64,000 nt of DNA from the NCBI GenBank assembly GCA_951406725.2, contig OX597840.1, forward strand, positions 35,402,001 to 35,466,000, given 5' to 3'. Position 1 is the first letter of the stretch; each line of letters opens with the position of its first letter. Shown piece by piece: positions 1 through 12,958 of this stretch. The notes under the pieces are model-generated. The model was not told the DNA's origin. It did not search any database and saw only the letters and a program-made list of their open reading frames with translations. Made by a program: the position numbers and the translations under genes. Source of the DNA: Octopus vulgaris. Lineage: Eukaryota.

Positions 1-169
1 GTATCAAAGCATAAAAAGCATTCTAAACGTTCTGAAATCATCAGAACACCTGAATTTATTATCCAGCAAGTTCAACAGACCATTGATTACAATTGCAGAA
101 AGTCCATAAGGTCAAAAGATCTCTATGTGTAAAGAAGGAAGTCAGAAAAGTCACTGGAAAAAGGATATC

Positions 170-390
170 TGTATTTGCATTGGGACCCCTTTGCATCGAA
201 GACCGGTGATTGTCATGCGCTGACGACATGTGTATCACGTCAGGTTGATGATGGGAAGGATGGCTTCCCTTTGCAAATACTGATATGGCACAGAAAGTGT
301 GTCAATAGCCACCTGGAGAAGATGTTCTCCTGGGGCTACAAGCTACAGTAGCATCCGGCCTTAGTGGTCAGCCACATTTATATGGCAAAT
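170..390 (+). mobile_element. Older fragment of the same retrozyme-like family
   Basis: Shares ACCGGTGATTGTC..CGCTGA(C/A)GA and GATGTTCTCCTGGGGCTACAAGCTACAGTA with 63200-63365; the HHR is deleted after CTGACGA. Confidence 0.6.
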
Positions 391-400
391 ATACTTCACG

Positions 401-435
<35 letters not shown>

Positions 436-625
436 ATGTATACGACAGGCTTCTTTCAGTTTTCATCTACCAAATCCATTCACAAGATTTTGGTCAGCCC
501 GAGGCTATAGTAGAAGACACTTGCTCAAGCTGTCACACAGTAGGAGTGAACCCAGAACCATGTGGTTTGGAAGCAAGCTTCTTACCACACAGCCACGCCT
601 GCACCTAAGAATAACTAACGTATAT

Positions 626-663
<38 letters not shown>

Positions 664-907
664 GCATGCATGCGTATCATCGTCGTCATCATTTAACGTC
701 TGTTTTCCATGCTGGCATGAGTTAGACTGTTTGACCAGAGCTGGTAAGCTGGAGAGCTGCACCAGGTTCCAATCACTGATTTGGCTTGGTTTCCACAGCA
801 GGATGCCCTTTCTAACGCCAACTATCCCATGAGTGTACTGGGTCCCTTTTACATGCTTTTACATGATGCCACACATGCAGTTTTACGTTGCACCACATGG
901 GTATATT

Positions 908-1322
908 ACTCTTTTACTCTTTGACTTGTTTCAGTTATTTGACTGCAGCCATGCTGGAGCACCGCCTTTAGTCGAGCAAATCAACCCCTGGACTTATTCT
1001 TTGTAAGCCTGGTACTTATTCTATCGGTCTCTTTTGCCGAACCGCTAAGTGACGGGGAGGTAAACACACCAGCATCGGTTGTCAAGCAATGCTAGGGGGA
1101 CAAACACAGACACACAAACATATACGCACACACACATATATATATATATACATATATACGATGGGCTTCTTTCAGTTTCCGTCTACCAAATCCACTCACA
1201 AGGCATTGGTCGGCCCGGGGCTATAGCAGAAGACACTTGCCCAAGATGCCACGCAGTGGGACTGAACCCGGAACCATGTGTTTGGTTAGCAAGCTACTTA
1301 CCACACAGCCACTTCTGCGCCT
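908..1322 (-). mobile_element. CORE-like SINE (same family as 44091)
   Basis: Full-length reverse copy. Confidence 0.85.
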
Positions 1323-2359
1323 ATATTCTTAAACATATTTATATTTTTACAAACCCACGAATAATTTTATGAAATTCCAATTCTGTACCTATTCTCTGAT
1401 GAAGGAAATATGGATTACCGAAGTCCAAGACACTTCGGAAATTCTTACATTTTCCGTATCAGTCATTTGCACACAAAACTCTCATAGGTTACAGAGTTTC
1501 ATAGGACCAGGTACTGGTTCACTTTTTCTGACTTTAAATCTCTTCAGTGTTGCGTTTGTCTTTCATCTTTCTAAAGCTTGATAAAATAAATATCAGTCAT
1601 GAACAGTCATCGATCTACAATCGATCTGTATTCGTTCAGTACTTGGTTATTTCTTCAATTGCAAGAAGTTTTGTGCCTTGACAACAAATTATCCTTTATT
1701 ATCTCCCTTTAATTCCAACAAGGGCGTTTGCATTACCTCCCTTGAACCAATACACGCGTGTGTGTATGTATGTATGTATGTATGCATGTATAAAAACGAT
1801 AAACGTTGCCCTTTTCAAGCCTAGCCAGGCTCATGGTCCCGGTTTCCCGGTTTCTATGGTGTATGTGTTCCCCCCAGCTGGACGGGACACCAGTCCATCG
1901 TATCGTTACTCAAGAAACAGGAAGAGAGAGTGAGAGAAAGTTGGGGTGAAAGAGTACAACAGGGGTCGCCACCACCCCCTGCCGGAGCTTCGTGGAAATT
2001 TTAGATGTTTTAGCTCAATAAACACACACAACGCCCGGTCGGGGAATCGAAACTGCAATCCTACGACCGCGAGTCCGCTGCCCTAACCACTGGGCCATTG
2101 CACCTTCCATGTATGTATGTATGTATGTATGTATGTATATATGTATCACAAGGGGCTAAACATAGAGGGGACAAACAAGGACAGACAAAGGTATTAAGTC
2201 GATTACATCAACCCCAGTGCGTAAATGGTACTTAATTTATCGACCCCGAAAGGATGAAAGTCGACCTCAGCGGAATTTGAACTCAGAACGTAGAGGCAGA
2301 CGAAATACGGCTACGCATTTCGCCCGGCGTTCTAACGTTTCTGCCAGCTCGCCGCCTTA

Positions 2360-2990
2360 TGTTTGTATATGTGTCACTCTATCGACCAGACTATCAAACA
2401 TTGTCATATACCGCTGGTCACAATGCGCTTCTAATTCTTTCGTGATTGCATCCTTCTTTTCCGTCTTGTGCCAAATCTCTTAATTAAATCGTCTTCCCAT
2501 GGTCGCGGAGGCCTTCCGAACGCTCTTTTCCCGATCTATAGACCACCACCCGACAGCTGCACGGATCTACCTGCTGTCTGTGAAATTTGCGACATGTCCA
2601 GCCACAGTGGAACTTATCTCTCTATCTATCTGCTCAGTCGAAGTCGACTCTCAGGGTTACTCGATGGATCAGTGTCCTCCAACCAGTTCTATCCTGGGTC
2701 GCTTCTTTCAGACTGGCTATGTCCATTCCGGTATCACTCTTGATGGTGTCAAGCCAGCGGGTTCTTGGTCGGCCTCTTCCTCTCTTGCCACTGACCATTC
2801 CGAGCATGCTGTCCTTCTCCAGGGATTTTCTCCGCATAATATGACCGAAATATGCCAATCTATGCTTGGTGATCCTAGCTTCTAGCGACATTTTCGGCCT
2901 GATCTGCTTAAGAACTTCTCCATTGGTGAGCCTCGCTGTCCATGGAATCCGTAAAAGTCTTCTCCAACACCAAAGCTCGAATGCATTTTG
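2360..2990 (-). mobile_element. RTE-clade LINE 3' fragment
   Basis: AFELWCWRRLLRIPWTAR..N.EVL...YFGHIMRR..LEK..MLG.VSGKRGRGRPRTRWLD, typical RTE ORF C-terminus. Confidence 0.9.
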
Positions 2991-3360
2991 GTATTCCGCG
3001 ATCGCGTCGCTCCCTCTGCTCCGTTCTATCGGATACGCTGTCGCAGTCATATTCCTAGAATGGATTTTCCCATAACCCTTTGTGCCCACAGCCAATTAAT
3101 GTTCTCTCCTATTCGTAATAGCCCACGTCTCACTTGTGCATAAGAGCACATATGGGACGGTGTTGTTAAAGAGTCGGACACGTATAGTTTTGTCCAGCTT
3201 TGCTTTGAGCACATCTTTTATTGAAGTAAACACCTTCCATTCAGCCTCGCCCTTTTTCTCCACGAGATTTCAGCATCCACGTCTCAGCACATATTCACTG
3301 CGTGCCCTGAGCAGATGTACTCCTTTACCTATATATATATATATATATAATGATATATAT

Positions 3361-3688
3361 ATATTGTTATATTTCGGAATGGTCATTTTGCCAGTTTAGC
3401 CAATAAAAACACACGCACTATATATTTGGTGTTATTTTGCTTCAGTGTTATTTATTTTTTACATTAATCTTATCTTATTTTGGCCAGAGTTCTTTCGTCA
3501 CACTCCTGTGACCGCATCACTGGTCCTTTGTTTTCTTATTTGTGTCTCTCCTTACTAACTCTGGCCGAAATAAGATTAAGATTAATGTAAAAAATAAATA
3601 ACACTGAAGAAAAATAACACCAAATATATAGTGCGTGTGTTTTTATTGGCGAAACTGGCAAAATTACCATTCCGAAATATAACAATAT
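3361..3688. mobile_element. ~130-bp inverted repeat (Penelope-like remnant) with a divergent hammerhead-like motif at 3482-3526 (-)
   Basis: Arms 3361-3491 / 3557-3688; minus strand reads CCA-GTGATGCG-GTCACA(ggag)TGTGAC-GAAA-GAAC-TC-TGG. Confidence 0.6.
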
Positions 3689-3749
3689 CTGTTTCAACAC
3701 ACGACTTCACATAAAAAATCTTGCACAACAAAGATATATATATATATAT

Positions 3750-4225
3750 AATGAAATTATTGTATACAGTGCTCAGGTGTACCACAACTTGTCAAAAGTG
3801 CGTATAAAGCATATGCAGTAATGTACAAATGTCTGGGAAGTGAACAGTGTATGAGTCAGATACATGCTTGCGTGTGTATGGAGGGGAGAAAATCAAGTGT
3901 AGTGTTGGCGAATCTCAGGAAGCATGGAAGTTTTGAAGGATGCAGTGCTCCGACAACTAACAACTGATGCCGGCAGTTTGTTCCATGCTTCAGCAACTCT
4001 TAGCGTGAAGAAATGTTTCCTAAAGTCATGGAAGGAGCTGTGCTGTTTTCTTACATTGTAAACATGTCCACGGGTGTTAGACGGGTGGAGTTTGAAAAGG
4101 TGCTCAGAGTTATTGTTAGCAAGCTGGTTGATACTTTTATGGGTGTCTACCAAGTCAACTGCCAGACGTCGGGGTTTCAATGTATCCATGCCCAGAGAAG
4201 TAAGGCGTTCAGAATATGGCAACTG
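3750..4225 (-). mobile_element. CR1-clade LINE 3' fragment
   Basis: YSERL..LG..TL..RRL..DL...TRGH...FF..RV..AWNKLP..VV; second copy at 8416-8785. Confidence 0.85.
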
Positions 4226-6054
4226 CCTGATGGAGGGTCATCGATTTCATTGTTTCCCATCACTACTCAGCCTTGTTGACTACGACCTTCGTGTGTACCG
4301 TTTGCTTACTGTTCTCCCAGACTTGGTGTCAATCTAGCCAGAATTTTACGCTGCTCGTTCTATACGTCTGTTGAGCTCAGTCTGTAGTGCGAGGCTGACC
4401 GTCATGATAGAGCTGAGGTGTGGACTGCCTCCAGCTCGCAGTTAACGATGGTAAAGCTACCAAAGATAGTTAAACCGACGAATGTGAGTGGTGATAAGCT
4501 CCCACTGTGAAGAAATGCATCCCGTGGCAGCGTCTCCGACAACCTACGATAACTCAGTCCACCACCAGGCCTTCTCAAGTGACTTAGCCTCTAAATCCGC
4601 CGTAATTGTTTGTACTGAGAGAAAAAAGGGCAAAGACGGGTAAGTACTGGCGCCTTAAAACCAGTGCTTCGGGTAGATAAAACTCGTCAGCTAGACAAGG
4701 TAGTTTATTTAAGAGAATGCAATGTCTGACTTCAAACCTGTGCTATTTTGTAGCGATGCTCACCCATTGCAAAGGCTCCGGGAGGAAACTGTGAGGGAAG
4801 ATCCAGAGCTGATTCCTTAAGACAATCCAACATTGTTTCCAACATTTTTTATAGTTTTTGCGACAAGACTTTTACCAAATTGTCCTCTTCTTTGCCCTTT
4901 TCCTTGGACAACCTCAGTGGCATGGAGAGAGGAGATCTGTTATATTCGCAACTGCTGGTCCCCTATACAAACCTTACCCAAATTTGCACCCTGCAAAGGA
5001 CATTCCTGCATCGCTACCCTACGACTGCGTAACACAAAAAAATAGTTTTTTTACCGTTTATAGACCTGCACATAAACCATGCTGATTTGTACGCACACCG
5101 AATACATACATACATACATACTTAGATATACATACATACATACTTATACATACATACATACTTAGACATCCATCCATCCATCCATACATATATACATACA
5201 TACATACATGGTGGCTGCCCCCTCGTTATCGAGTATGGCCATTGCACGAAGCTTAATCAATGTTGTTATCGTGCAATGCCTGTGCAAGAAGATATTTTTT
5301 TAAGTGAGGAAAGGCTGTGCACTGAGTCAATCCCACTCACTAAGCAACAGCAGCCATAATCCGAAAAGAAGAACAAGTCAACATCATCGGTAACCACTGA
5401 GCCGCAGGTTTTATGTCAGAGTTATCCCAGTTACCTGAGTTACCTTCTCCTAGAAGGATGCCCTAACAAAGGCTAGGAGTCCTTCACTCCCAATGGTTTA
5501 ACCGCGCGATGGGGTATTCAGTCCGATTATTCCTATGTCTCTGCGCATGATACAGCCTTAAGACATTTATTGGATGTTAGTTGACTCTCAAGAGTTTCAC
5601 GGGTTTTGTTTTTCATCCGGAAGGGTGTCCAATAAACACCCTCCTCACCAAGCAAGCTTGGTGGGGTTGCCGGTTTAGTCGCCGACGACTCGACCATGCA
5701 ACAGGTTGTACTGGGTTACATGTTACCAGTAGCACTCGAAAGTCACCTGACATAACATCTGAAGGGATCCATCTCTTTCGAGCAGCAGAATACAGATAAC
5801 CTATTTCAATAACGGGATTAACTTCGTGAGTGAGGAGGAAATGAAATTCGAGTGACTGTCCCGATCTAATTAGATTGACTTTGTACTTGACTGTTACTGT
5901 ATTTCATCGACCCCGAAAGCACGAGAGGCAAGTTGATGCCTGGGAGATTTGAACACGGAGGGACTGAGCTTTGAACGGAGGGAGACGTTGATTAAGGAGA
6001 CAATTTGCGGGTCTACTTTAGCGTACGGTCTATCACAGTATCCGCAGTCTAGGT

Positions 6055-6255
6055 CAGTGGTTTTCAACCAGGGTTCCGCCAGTACAGTCCTGGGGTTCCG
6101 CAAGAAGTTACAAAACTGCTGAAATCGGCAGTAATTTTTAATTCTCCTGTGCAGATATGTGTGCATAAAACTATTAAATTATTGCACAGGGGTTCCTCGA
6201 GCCAGTGGAATGTTTCCTTGGGGTTCCGCTCCAGCAATAAGTTTGAAAAGCACTG
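6055..6255. mobile_element. hAT (Charlie-type) MITE
   Basis: TIR CAGTGGTTTTCAA/TTGAAAAGCACTG; 8-bp TSD GTCTAGGT/GTCTAGGC. Confidence 0.85.
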
Positions 6256-6279
6256 GTCTAGGCTGTAAAATGACCTGAC

Positions 6280-6460
6280 CTGGGTTAGAATTAGGGTTAT
6301 AGGACGCGGTTAGAATTTGGGCTTAGGATTAGGGTTATAGTTTAGGACTAGGTTAGAATTTGTGCTTAGGATTAGGGTTAGAGTTTAAGATCTATAATTA
6401 GAATTAGGGTTTTGTGATAGAGTTGAGGTAAGGATTTGGGATAAGAGTTTAAGTCAAGGG
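6280..6460 (+). repeat. Degenerate TTAGGG-like interstitial repeat
   Basis: TTAGGGTTA, GGTTAGAATT and TTAGGATTAGGG variants. Confidence 0.6.
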
Positions 6461-6813
6461 TTGGTTTACCACACTCCAAACTGGCACTCAATCTGCTTTT
6501 GTCAACGCTCCACCGATTTTGCGTTTTCATTGATACAGAAATTAGAAATTGCTGCTAACGTAAGCCATAAAGACACAAATTTTGATGACCAAAAAAAAAA
6601 AAAATATGTCTGCGAGACAGATTCCAGTATTCGACTGACATTTTTTTGTTGTTTTTGTTGTGAAGTCTGAAAGGTTGAAAAACTGAAGTCGGCTTCAGCG
6701 GGATTTGAACTCAGAACGTAACTCAACGCCACAAAAAAAAAAATATCTTTGTCCAACGCTCTACAGATTCCGCCAATGAATGAGTATCTGACATCAAACA
6801 ATTCATTTGCAAA

Positions 6814-6826
6814 CCACCAGATGGCG
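6814..6826 (+). promoter_or_regulatory. CTCF-like motif upstream of the 7039 ORF
   Basis: CCACCAGATGGCG matches the CCASYAGRKGGCR consensus; motif match only. Confidence 0.35.
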
Positions 6827-7038
6827 TTCTAAGAAGCGGTCTCAGCAACGCTGAACTTTTCTAATATTTGAAAAACAAAAACAAAGAAAAACAACAAAAA
6901 AAACAACAAATCGAAAACAAACGGGGAAAAAGCGAAAAGAGATTTCCTTTCTTACGATTCCATTTTCTCAAAGAGAAAGGAAACCAGAATATTTATAACA
7001 AAAGAAAGCAAAAACCCTTTATAATCGGGAGTGTTGAG

Positions 7039-7767
7039 ATGATGACAATGCAAAGGGCCATCGCAAAGTTGGAATTTTCTGAAGACGAGGATAATGGCGA
7101 AATCATCGATGTTGCTGGAGATTTTAGCCAATGGGAAAGAACGCACGCTTTGCGATATCCAATGCCGAAGGACACTCTCTGGGGTTCGGAACTGATTCTC
7201 GGCACCATATTGGATAGTAGTAAAAACCCGGCTACCCTCGACCATCTTCGCTTTTTCCCGCCCTCAAAACCTTTGCACGGCAAGGCTGCAGCAGCAGCCC
7301 CGCCGCCGGCGCCTCCGCCGTCCCCGGCAACGAGACGGCCCTCGTTGCTGCAGCGCTCCCCTCCGGGGGCGCCCAAGATGACGGAGGAGCAGTTTCGCGC
7401 GAACATGCTGAAGGAGATGGAGCTGCGGATGCTGGATACGAGCGACCAGGACGGCCGGATTTCGTACGGAAACAACTTGACGGAGGGGACCTTCTTTGAC
7501 ATCGTCGAGAAACCGGTGAGGACCACCGTGGACAACTTCCAACACGAGTGGACGGTTTCGGTGAACGACTACAGCACGGTGCGCCTGAGGAAACTGAAGC
7601 AGGACTTGAAAATGAACGACGATTGCTCAGACCTGACCACCGGGACTTACTTGGAGGCCATGCTCACATCGAAAGGTGATAGTGAGCAGAAGAAAATCTG
7701 GAGAGACCCGATCCAACCGGGAAGCCGAACACAATCCGACATATCTTTCCATGAAGAATCCAAATAA
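7039..7767 (+). CDS. Uncharacterised intronless (or terminal-exon) protein, 242 aa from the first ATG
   Basis: Non-repetitive, GC3-rich ORF with protein-like composition (MMTMQRAIAKLEFSEDEDNGEIIDVAGDFSQWE...Pro-rich linker...SFHEESK*), flanked by an A-rich leader and microsatellite-rich downstream sequence. No family recognised. Confidence 0.7.
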   Translation: MMTMQRAIAKLEFSEDEDNGEIIDVAGDFSQWERTHALRYPMPKDTLWGSELILGTILDSSKNPATLDHLRFFPPSKPLHGKAAAAAPPPAPPPSPATRRPSLLQRSPPGAPKMTEEQFRANMLKEMELRMLDTSDQDGRISYGNNLTEGTFFDIVEKPVRTTVDNFQHEWTVSVNDYSTVRLRKLKQDLKMNDDCSDLTTGTYLEAMLTSKGDSEQKKIWRDPIQPGSRTQSDISFHEESK

Positions 7768-7881
7768 GGAAACACGGAGACGACCCCCCCAGTAATTGCA
7801 GAGAATGACAACGACGGCAGTTGTGGTGATGACAGCGGTGACGTTGATGACGACGATGATGATGATAAAAATAATAATAAT

Positions 7882-7919
<38 letters not shown>

Positions 7920-8415
7920 CAACAATTTTTCTATTTGCTGTTAATGATACATTGATGATGATGATGATGATGATGATGATGACCTTTATAATCTTTTCTT
8001 TATTGACCACAAGGGCCCAAGAAGTTAGGACAGTACAATGATGAGATACACAAAAAAAAAAAAAATTTATAAATCGGGGAAGCCTCATCGAGTGAAAACG
8101 AAGTAAAAGCAACAACAACAGGTTCATATTTTCTTTGTTATTTGCCTCAAGGGCGACGTATAAGCAGACATTGCAACAACCTCATACAAGAAGCCAGTTG
8201 TGACATCATTTTGGCCTTGTCTACGTTGACCGCGATGACCGCGTATTTTTTCTGCCCTTTTTCTTCTTGTTTCTCTCTCTGCTTTTTATCTTGTGCCGTT
8301 CACTTTGTTTTATACTTTTGAAGGGTTTTTGGTCAAACAAATGGACCCAGGTCCTTTAAAAAAAAAAAAAAACTGGGGCTTTATTCTTATTAGTTGGTTC
8401 CTATTTAAAATAATA

Positions 8416-8785
8416 TAACAATGAAATTATTGTATACAGTGCTCAGGTGCACCACAACTTGTCAAAAGTGCATATAAAGTATATGCAGTAATGTACAAAT
8501 GTCTGGAAAGTGAACAGTGTATGAGTCAGATACATGCTTGCTTGTGTATGGAGGGGAGAAAGATCAGGTGTAGTGTTGGCGAATCTCAGGAAGCATGGAA
8601 GTTTTGAAGGATGCAGTGCTCCGACAACTAACAACCGATGCCGGCAGTTTGTTCCATGCTTCAGCAACTCTTAGCGTGAAAAAATGTTTCTGAAATTCAT
8701 TGGAGCTGTGCTGTTTTCTTACTTTGTAAATATGTCCACGGGTGTTAGACGGGTGGAGTTTGAAAAGGTGCTCAGAGTTATTGTT
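8416..8785 (-). mobile_element. CR1-clade LINE 3' fragment (second copy)
   Basis: Near-identical to 3750-4115. Confidence 0.85.
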
Positions 8786-9258
8786 TGTGCGAGTTATTGT
8801 TTGTTTCTAGCATATTGTTCTAGCATATTGTTCAGAGAGCTCAGATCATGCCGACCCATGGCCAAAGACTTCGGCTAATTAGAACTACGTTATCTACCGT
8901 GTTCTACCTTTTTAAAAGACAGTTGTATATGCTTTAGGAGAAGTTTAGCTGCTATTTCTAACATATTGCCTGACTTCATAGAGGTTCCCTTGTGATTTGG
9001 TCCCCAGCTATCACCAATCCATCAGACCAATGGTCAAAGGCATAGTGCAGCTAGGACTACATTATTATTCTGTTGTGTCTGGGGAGAGTCATTTTCTTTT
9101 TGTGCCTTATATTATTTGCAAACCAAATCCGAAAACGAAACTTATTATTATTATTATTATTATCTTTTATGCCAAACCGTTAAGTAACGGGGATGTAAAC
9201 AAACCAACATTGGTTGTCAAGCTGTGGTGGTAGTGGGGGAACAAACACAGACATAAAG

Positions 9259-9610
<352 letters not shown>

Positions 9611-9690
9611 TATATATATATAGAGAGAGAGAGAGGGGTGGCAGTCAGAATTTTGGATAATTTTTAAGGAGAGCCTTTGTTCGTTTAACC

Positions 9691-10014
9691 CAGAGGTTCT
9701 CAAAGTGGGTGCTACCCCCCTCCCCATGGGCCTTGAGACGGTCCAGGGGGGTGTTGGTACCTAAGGGGGACGGTAGAGAAAAAGGAGGAATTGGGGAGGA
9801 AGGCAAAGGATTGGGGGACGCTATGAATATATTATATTATTATAGTATTGTATACAAATTGTATAATATTACATTAAATATCAAATGATTCGTAGTGTAT
9901 ATAAATTAGTAAAACCTAAGATATTTATTTATTCATAAAAATAGGGGTGGGGGCGCTGGGGGTATTATGTGGCCAAGGGGGAGGGCGGTGGCCCATTATG
10001 TTTGAGAACCTCTG
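9691..10014. mobile_element. hAT MITE nested in an older palindromic element
   Basis: TIR CAGAGGTTCTCAAA/TTTGAGAACCTCTG; TSD GTTTAACC/GTTTAACT. Confidence 0.85.
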
Positions 10015-11718
10015 GTTTAACTGAACGGTTAAACGAACGAAAGCGCTTATAAAGAATTATCCAAAATTTCTGACCCCTCCTTTTTTTCCTTAATATACAA
10101 TATCTGTACACCACTTTAAACACCCTACACACATACACACACATGACGGTCTTCTTTCAGTTTCCGTCTACCAAATCCACTCACAAGGCTTTGGTTGGCC
10201 CGAGGCTATAGTAGAAGACACTTGCCCAAGATGCCACGCAGTGGGACTGAACCCGGAACCATGTGGTTGGGAAGCCACGCTTCTGTCTCCCCTCTTTTTC
10301 CTTCCCTTTTTTTTTTTTTGGTACTTCTTTTTTCAGTGAATCCTTCGTCTTTGTTCTTCTTTGCATCGTTCGATTCTCTTTCGAACTCAATCATTGATTT
10401 TCGAGTTGACCGCATTTTCCCAGGACGTAAACAAACCAACACCCATCGTCAAAGATTCCACCACAATTTCACCGAGGTTAGTCGCTTACTCTTACTGGTT
10501 TCAGCCACCCGACTGCGGCCATGCTGGGGCACCACCTCGAAGAATTTTAGTCGAACGAATCGACGACCCCCAGTATCTTCCTTTTTAAAGCTTGCTCCTC
10601 ATTCTATCGTCTCTTTTGCCGAACCGCTAAGTTACGAATATAAACACACTAAGACCGGTTGTCAAGCAGTGGTGGCGGCCACACACACACACACGTCCAT
10701 CAATCCATATAAGGCAAAGGTGGGAACCGTTAATCGAAAAGTTAACTTCGTTAATCTGTTAACCAACAAGTCAACTTCGATAACCGTTAATCGGTTAATT
10801 CTTTAAAAATGTAACGGAAGTTATCGATAAACGATTAGCGATTATTTTTAATTATAGAAATAAAAAACAAAAAAATCAGTTTTTGTTCTAAAAACACCTT
10901 TAAAAAGTGCCAAAACTATAAAATCCGTTAACTTCAATTCAGTTGAAGTTACGGGGACGTGAACACACCAGCATCGGTTGTCAAGCGATGTTTTGGGGAC
11001 AAACACAGACACACACATATATATACGACGGGCTTCTTTCAGTTTCCGTCTACCATATCCACTCACAAGGCTTTGGTCGGCCCAGTGCTAGAGTAGAAGA
11101 GACTTGCCCAAGGTGCCACGCAATGGGACTGAACCCGGAACCATGCAGTTCGTAAGCAAGCTACTCTATTTCAATGAATTTGCCACTAAGGGCAGTATAC
11201 AGAGTAGCTGCGGGCTGGACAAAAAACATTAATGTGGTGGGGATGATAATGATGAACGAAAATGGGAGGGGCACTGGCGCCCGCTGACCAATAACCCCTC
11301 CAATACAAAGTTTCTTTATAATAAAAATTCTTTACAAAAATTTTTACAACAAAAATTCCTACAGCAAGCTACTTACCACACAGCCACTCCTACGCCTATG
11401 TGTGTAGATTTATAGAAAGACTGAAGCTTCTAAATAAAAACTAAAAGTTAATTCTTGTGTAAAATTTCCCGAGGAAGACAATGAAAGTGGTCCCGAGCCT
11501 CTAGGTATGCCCCTAAAGGAGATACGGGCCCTTTTCCAAAATGTTGCACATAGTTCTATATCCCACGTCTTACAAAAAAATAAATAAATAAATAAAATAA
11601 CCCGTCAAAGGGAGATAACTAACTAAAATTTCGGAGAAAACTTCAAACCTAATTTCTTGTACAAGAAGCAAAGATGGAAATAAATTTTCTTACAGGAATA
11701 TGGTACGGCATTGACGAT

Positions 11719-12102
11719 GGAGGCGCAATGGCCCAGTGGTTAGAGCAGCGGACTCGCGGTCATAGGATCGCGGTTTCGATTCCCAGACCGGGCGTTGTGA
11801 GTGTTTATTGAGCGAAAACACCTAAAAGCTCCACGAGGCTCCGGCAGGGGATGGTGGTGATCCCTGCTGTACTCTTTCACCACAACTTTCTCTCACTCTT
11901 ACTTCCTGTTTCTGTTGTACCTGTATTTCAAAGGACCGGCCTTGTCACTCTCTGTGTCATGCTGAATATCCCCGAGAACTACGTTAAGGGTACACGTGTC
12001 TGTGGAGTGCTCAGCCACTTACACGTTAATTTCACGAGCAGGCTGTTCCGTTGATTCGGATCAACCGGAACCCTCATCGTCGTAACCGACGGAGTGCTTC
12101 CA
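11719..12102 (+). mobile_element. tRNA-derived SINE (GGAGGCGCAATGGCCCAGTGG head) with 13-bp TSD
   Basis: A/B boxes; GGCATTGACGATG at 11707-11719 and 12103-12115. Relatives at 1797-2110, 17987-18298, 23172-23486 and 40957-41280. Confidence 0.85.
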
Positions 12103-12224
12103 GGCATTGACGATGTCGGTTCAAAGTTATAATTTATTCTGCAAGTTTGTTTGATGCTAAGAACATTCTTATAGACAATGTTTCGGTTTTTACCAGTAAG
12201 GTAAAATAATCTTTTCTGCTCTAG

Positions 12225-12958
12225 GCGCAACGCCCGAAATTTGTGGGGAGGGGGGCCAGTCGATTAGATCAACCACAGTATGCAACTGGTACTTAATTTA
12301 TCGACCACGAAAGAACAAAAGGCAAAGTCGACCTCGGGGGAATTTGAACTCAGAATATAAAGAGAGATGAAATACCGCTAAGCATTTTGCCCAGCATGCA
12401 AAAGTTTCTTATTTCTTTACTGCCCACAAGGGACTACACGCAGAGGGGACAAACAAGGACAGACAGACGGATTAAGTCGATTACATCGACCCCAGTGCGT
12501 AACTGGTACTTAATTTATCGCCCCGAAAGGATAAAAGGCAAAGTCAGTCTAGGTGGAATCTGAACTCAGAACGTAACAACAGACGAAATACCTATTTCTT
12601 TAATACCCACAAGGGGCTAAACACAGAGAGGACAAACAAGGACGGACAAAGGGATTAAGTCGATTATATTGACCCCAGTTCGTAACTGGTACTTAATTTA
12701 TCGACCCCGAAAAGATGAAAGGCAAAGTCGACCTCGGTGGAATTTGAACTCAGAACATAAAGACAGATGAAATACCTGTTTCTTTTCTATCTACAAGGGG
12801 CTAAACACAGAGGGGACAAACAAGGACAGACAAAGGTATTAAGTCGATTAAAGGATGAAAGGCAAAGTCGACCTCGGCGGAATTTGAACTCGGAACGTAA
12901 AGACAGACGAAATACCACAAAGCATTTCGCCCGTCGTGCTAACGGTTCTGTCAGCTCC
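12225..12958 (-). mobile_element. Deu/Nin-like SINE cluster/concatemer
   Basis: Repeated GGCAAAGTCGACCTCGGCGGAATTTGAACTCAGAAC units with the same junction. Confidence 0.8.

Noticed and set aside
4280-4820. Possible HDV-like ribozyme in a LINE 5'UTR-like segment
   Set aside because: I could not assemble the nested double pseudoknot by eye; even the element identity is uncertain.
6868-7038. N-terminal extension of the 299-aa ORF
   Set aside because: TTG start in an A-rich low-complexity leader; the first ATG is at 7039.
11719-11795. tRNA genes at A/B-box sequences
   Set aside because: They are SINE heads continuing into SINE bodies, with TSDs and no complete cloverleaf.
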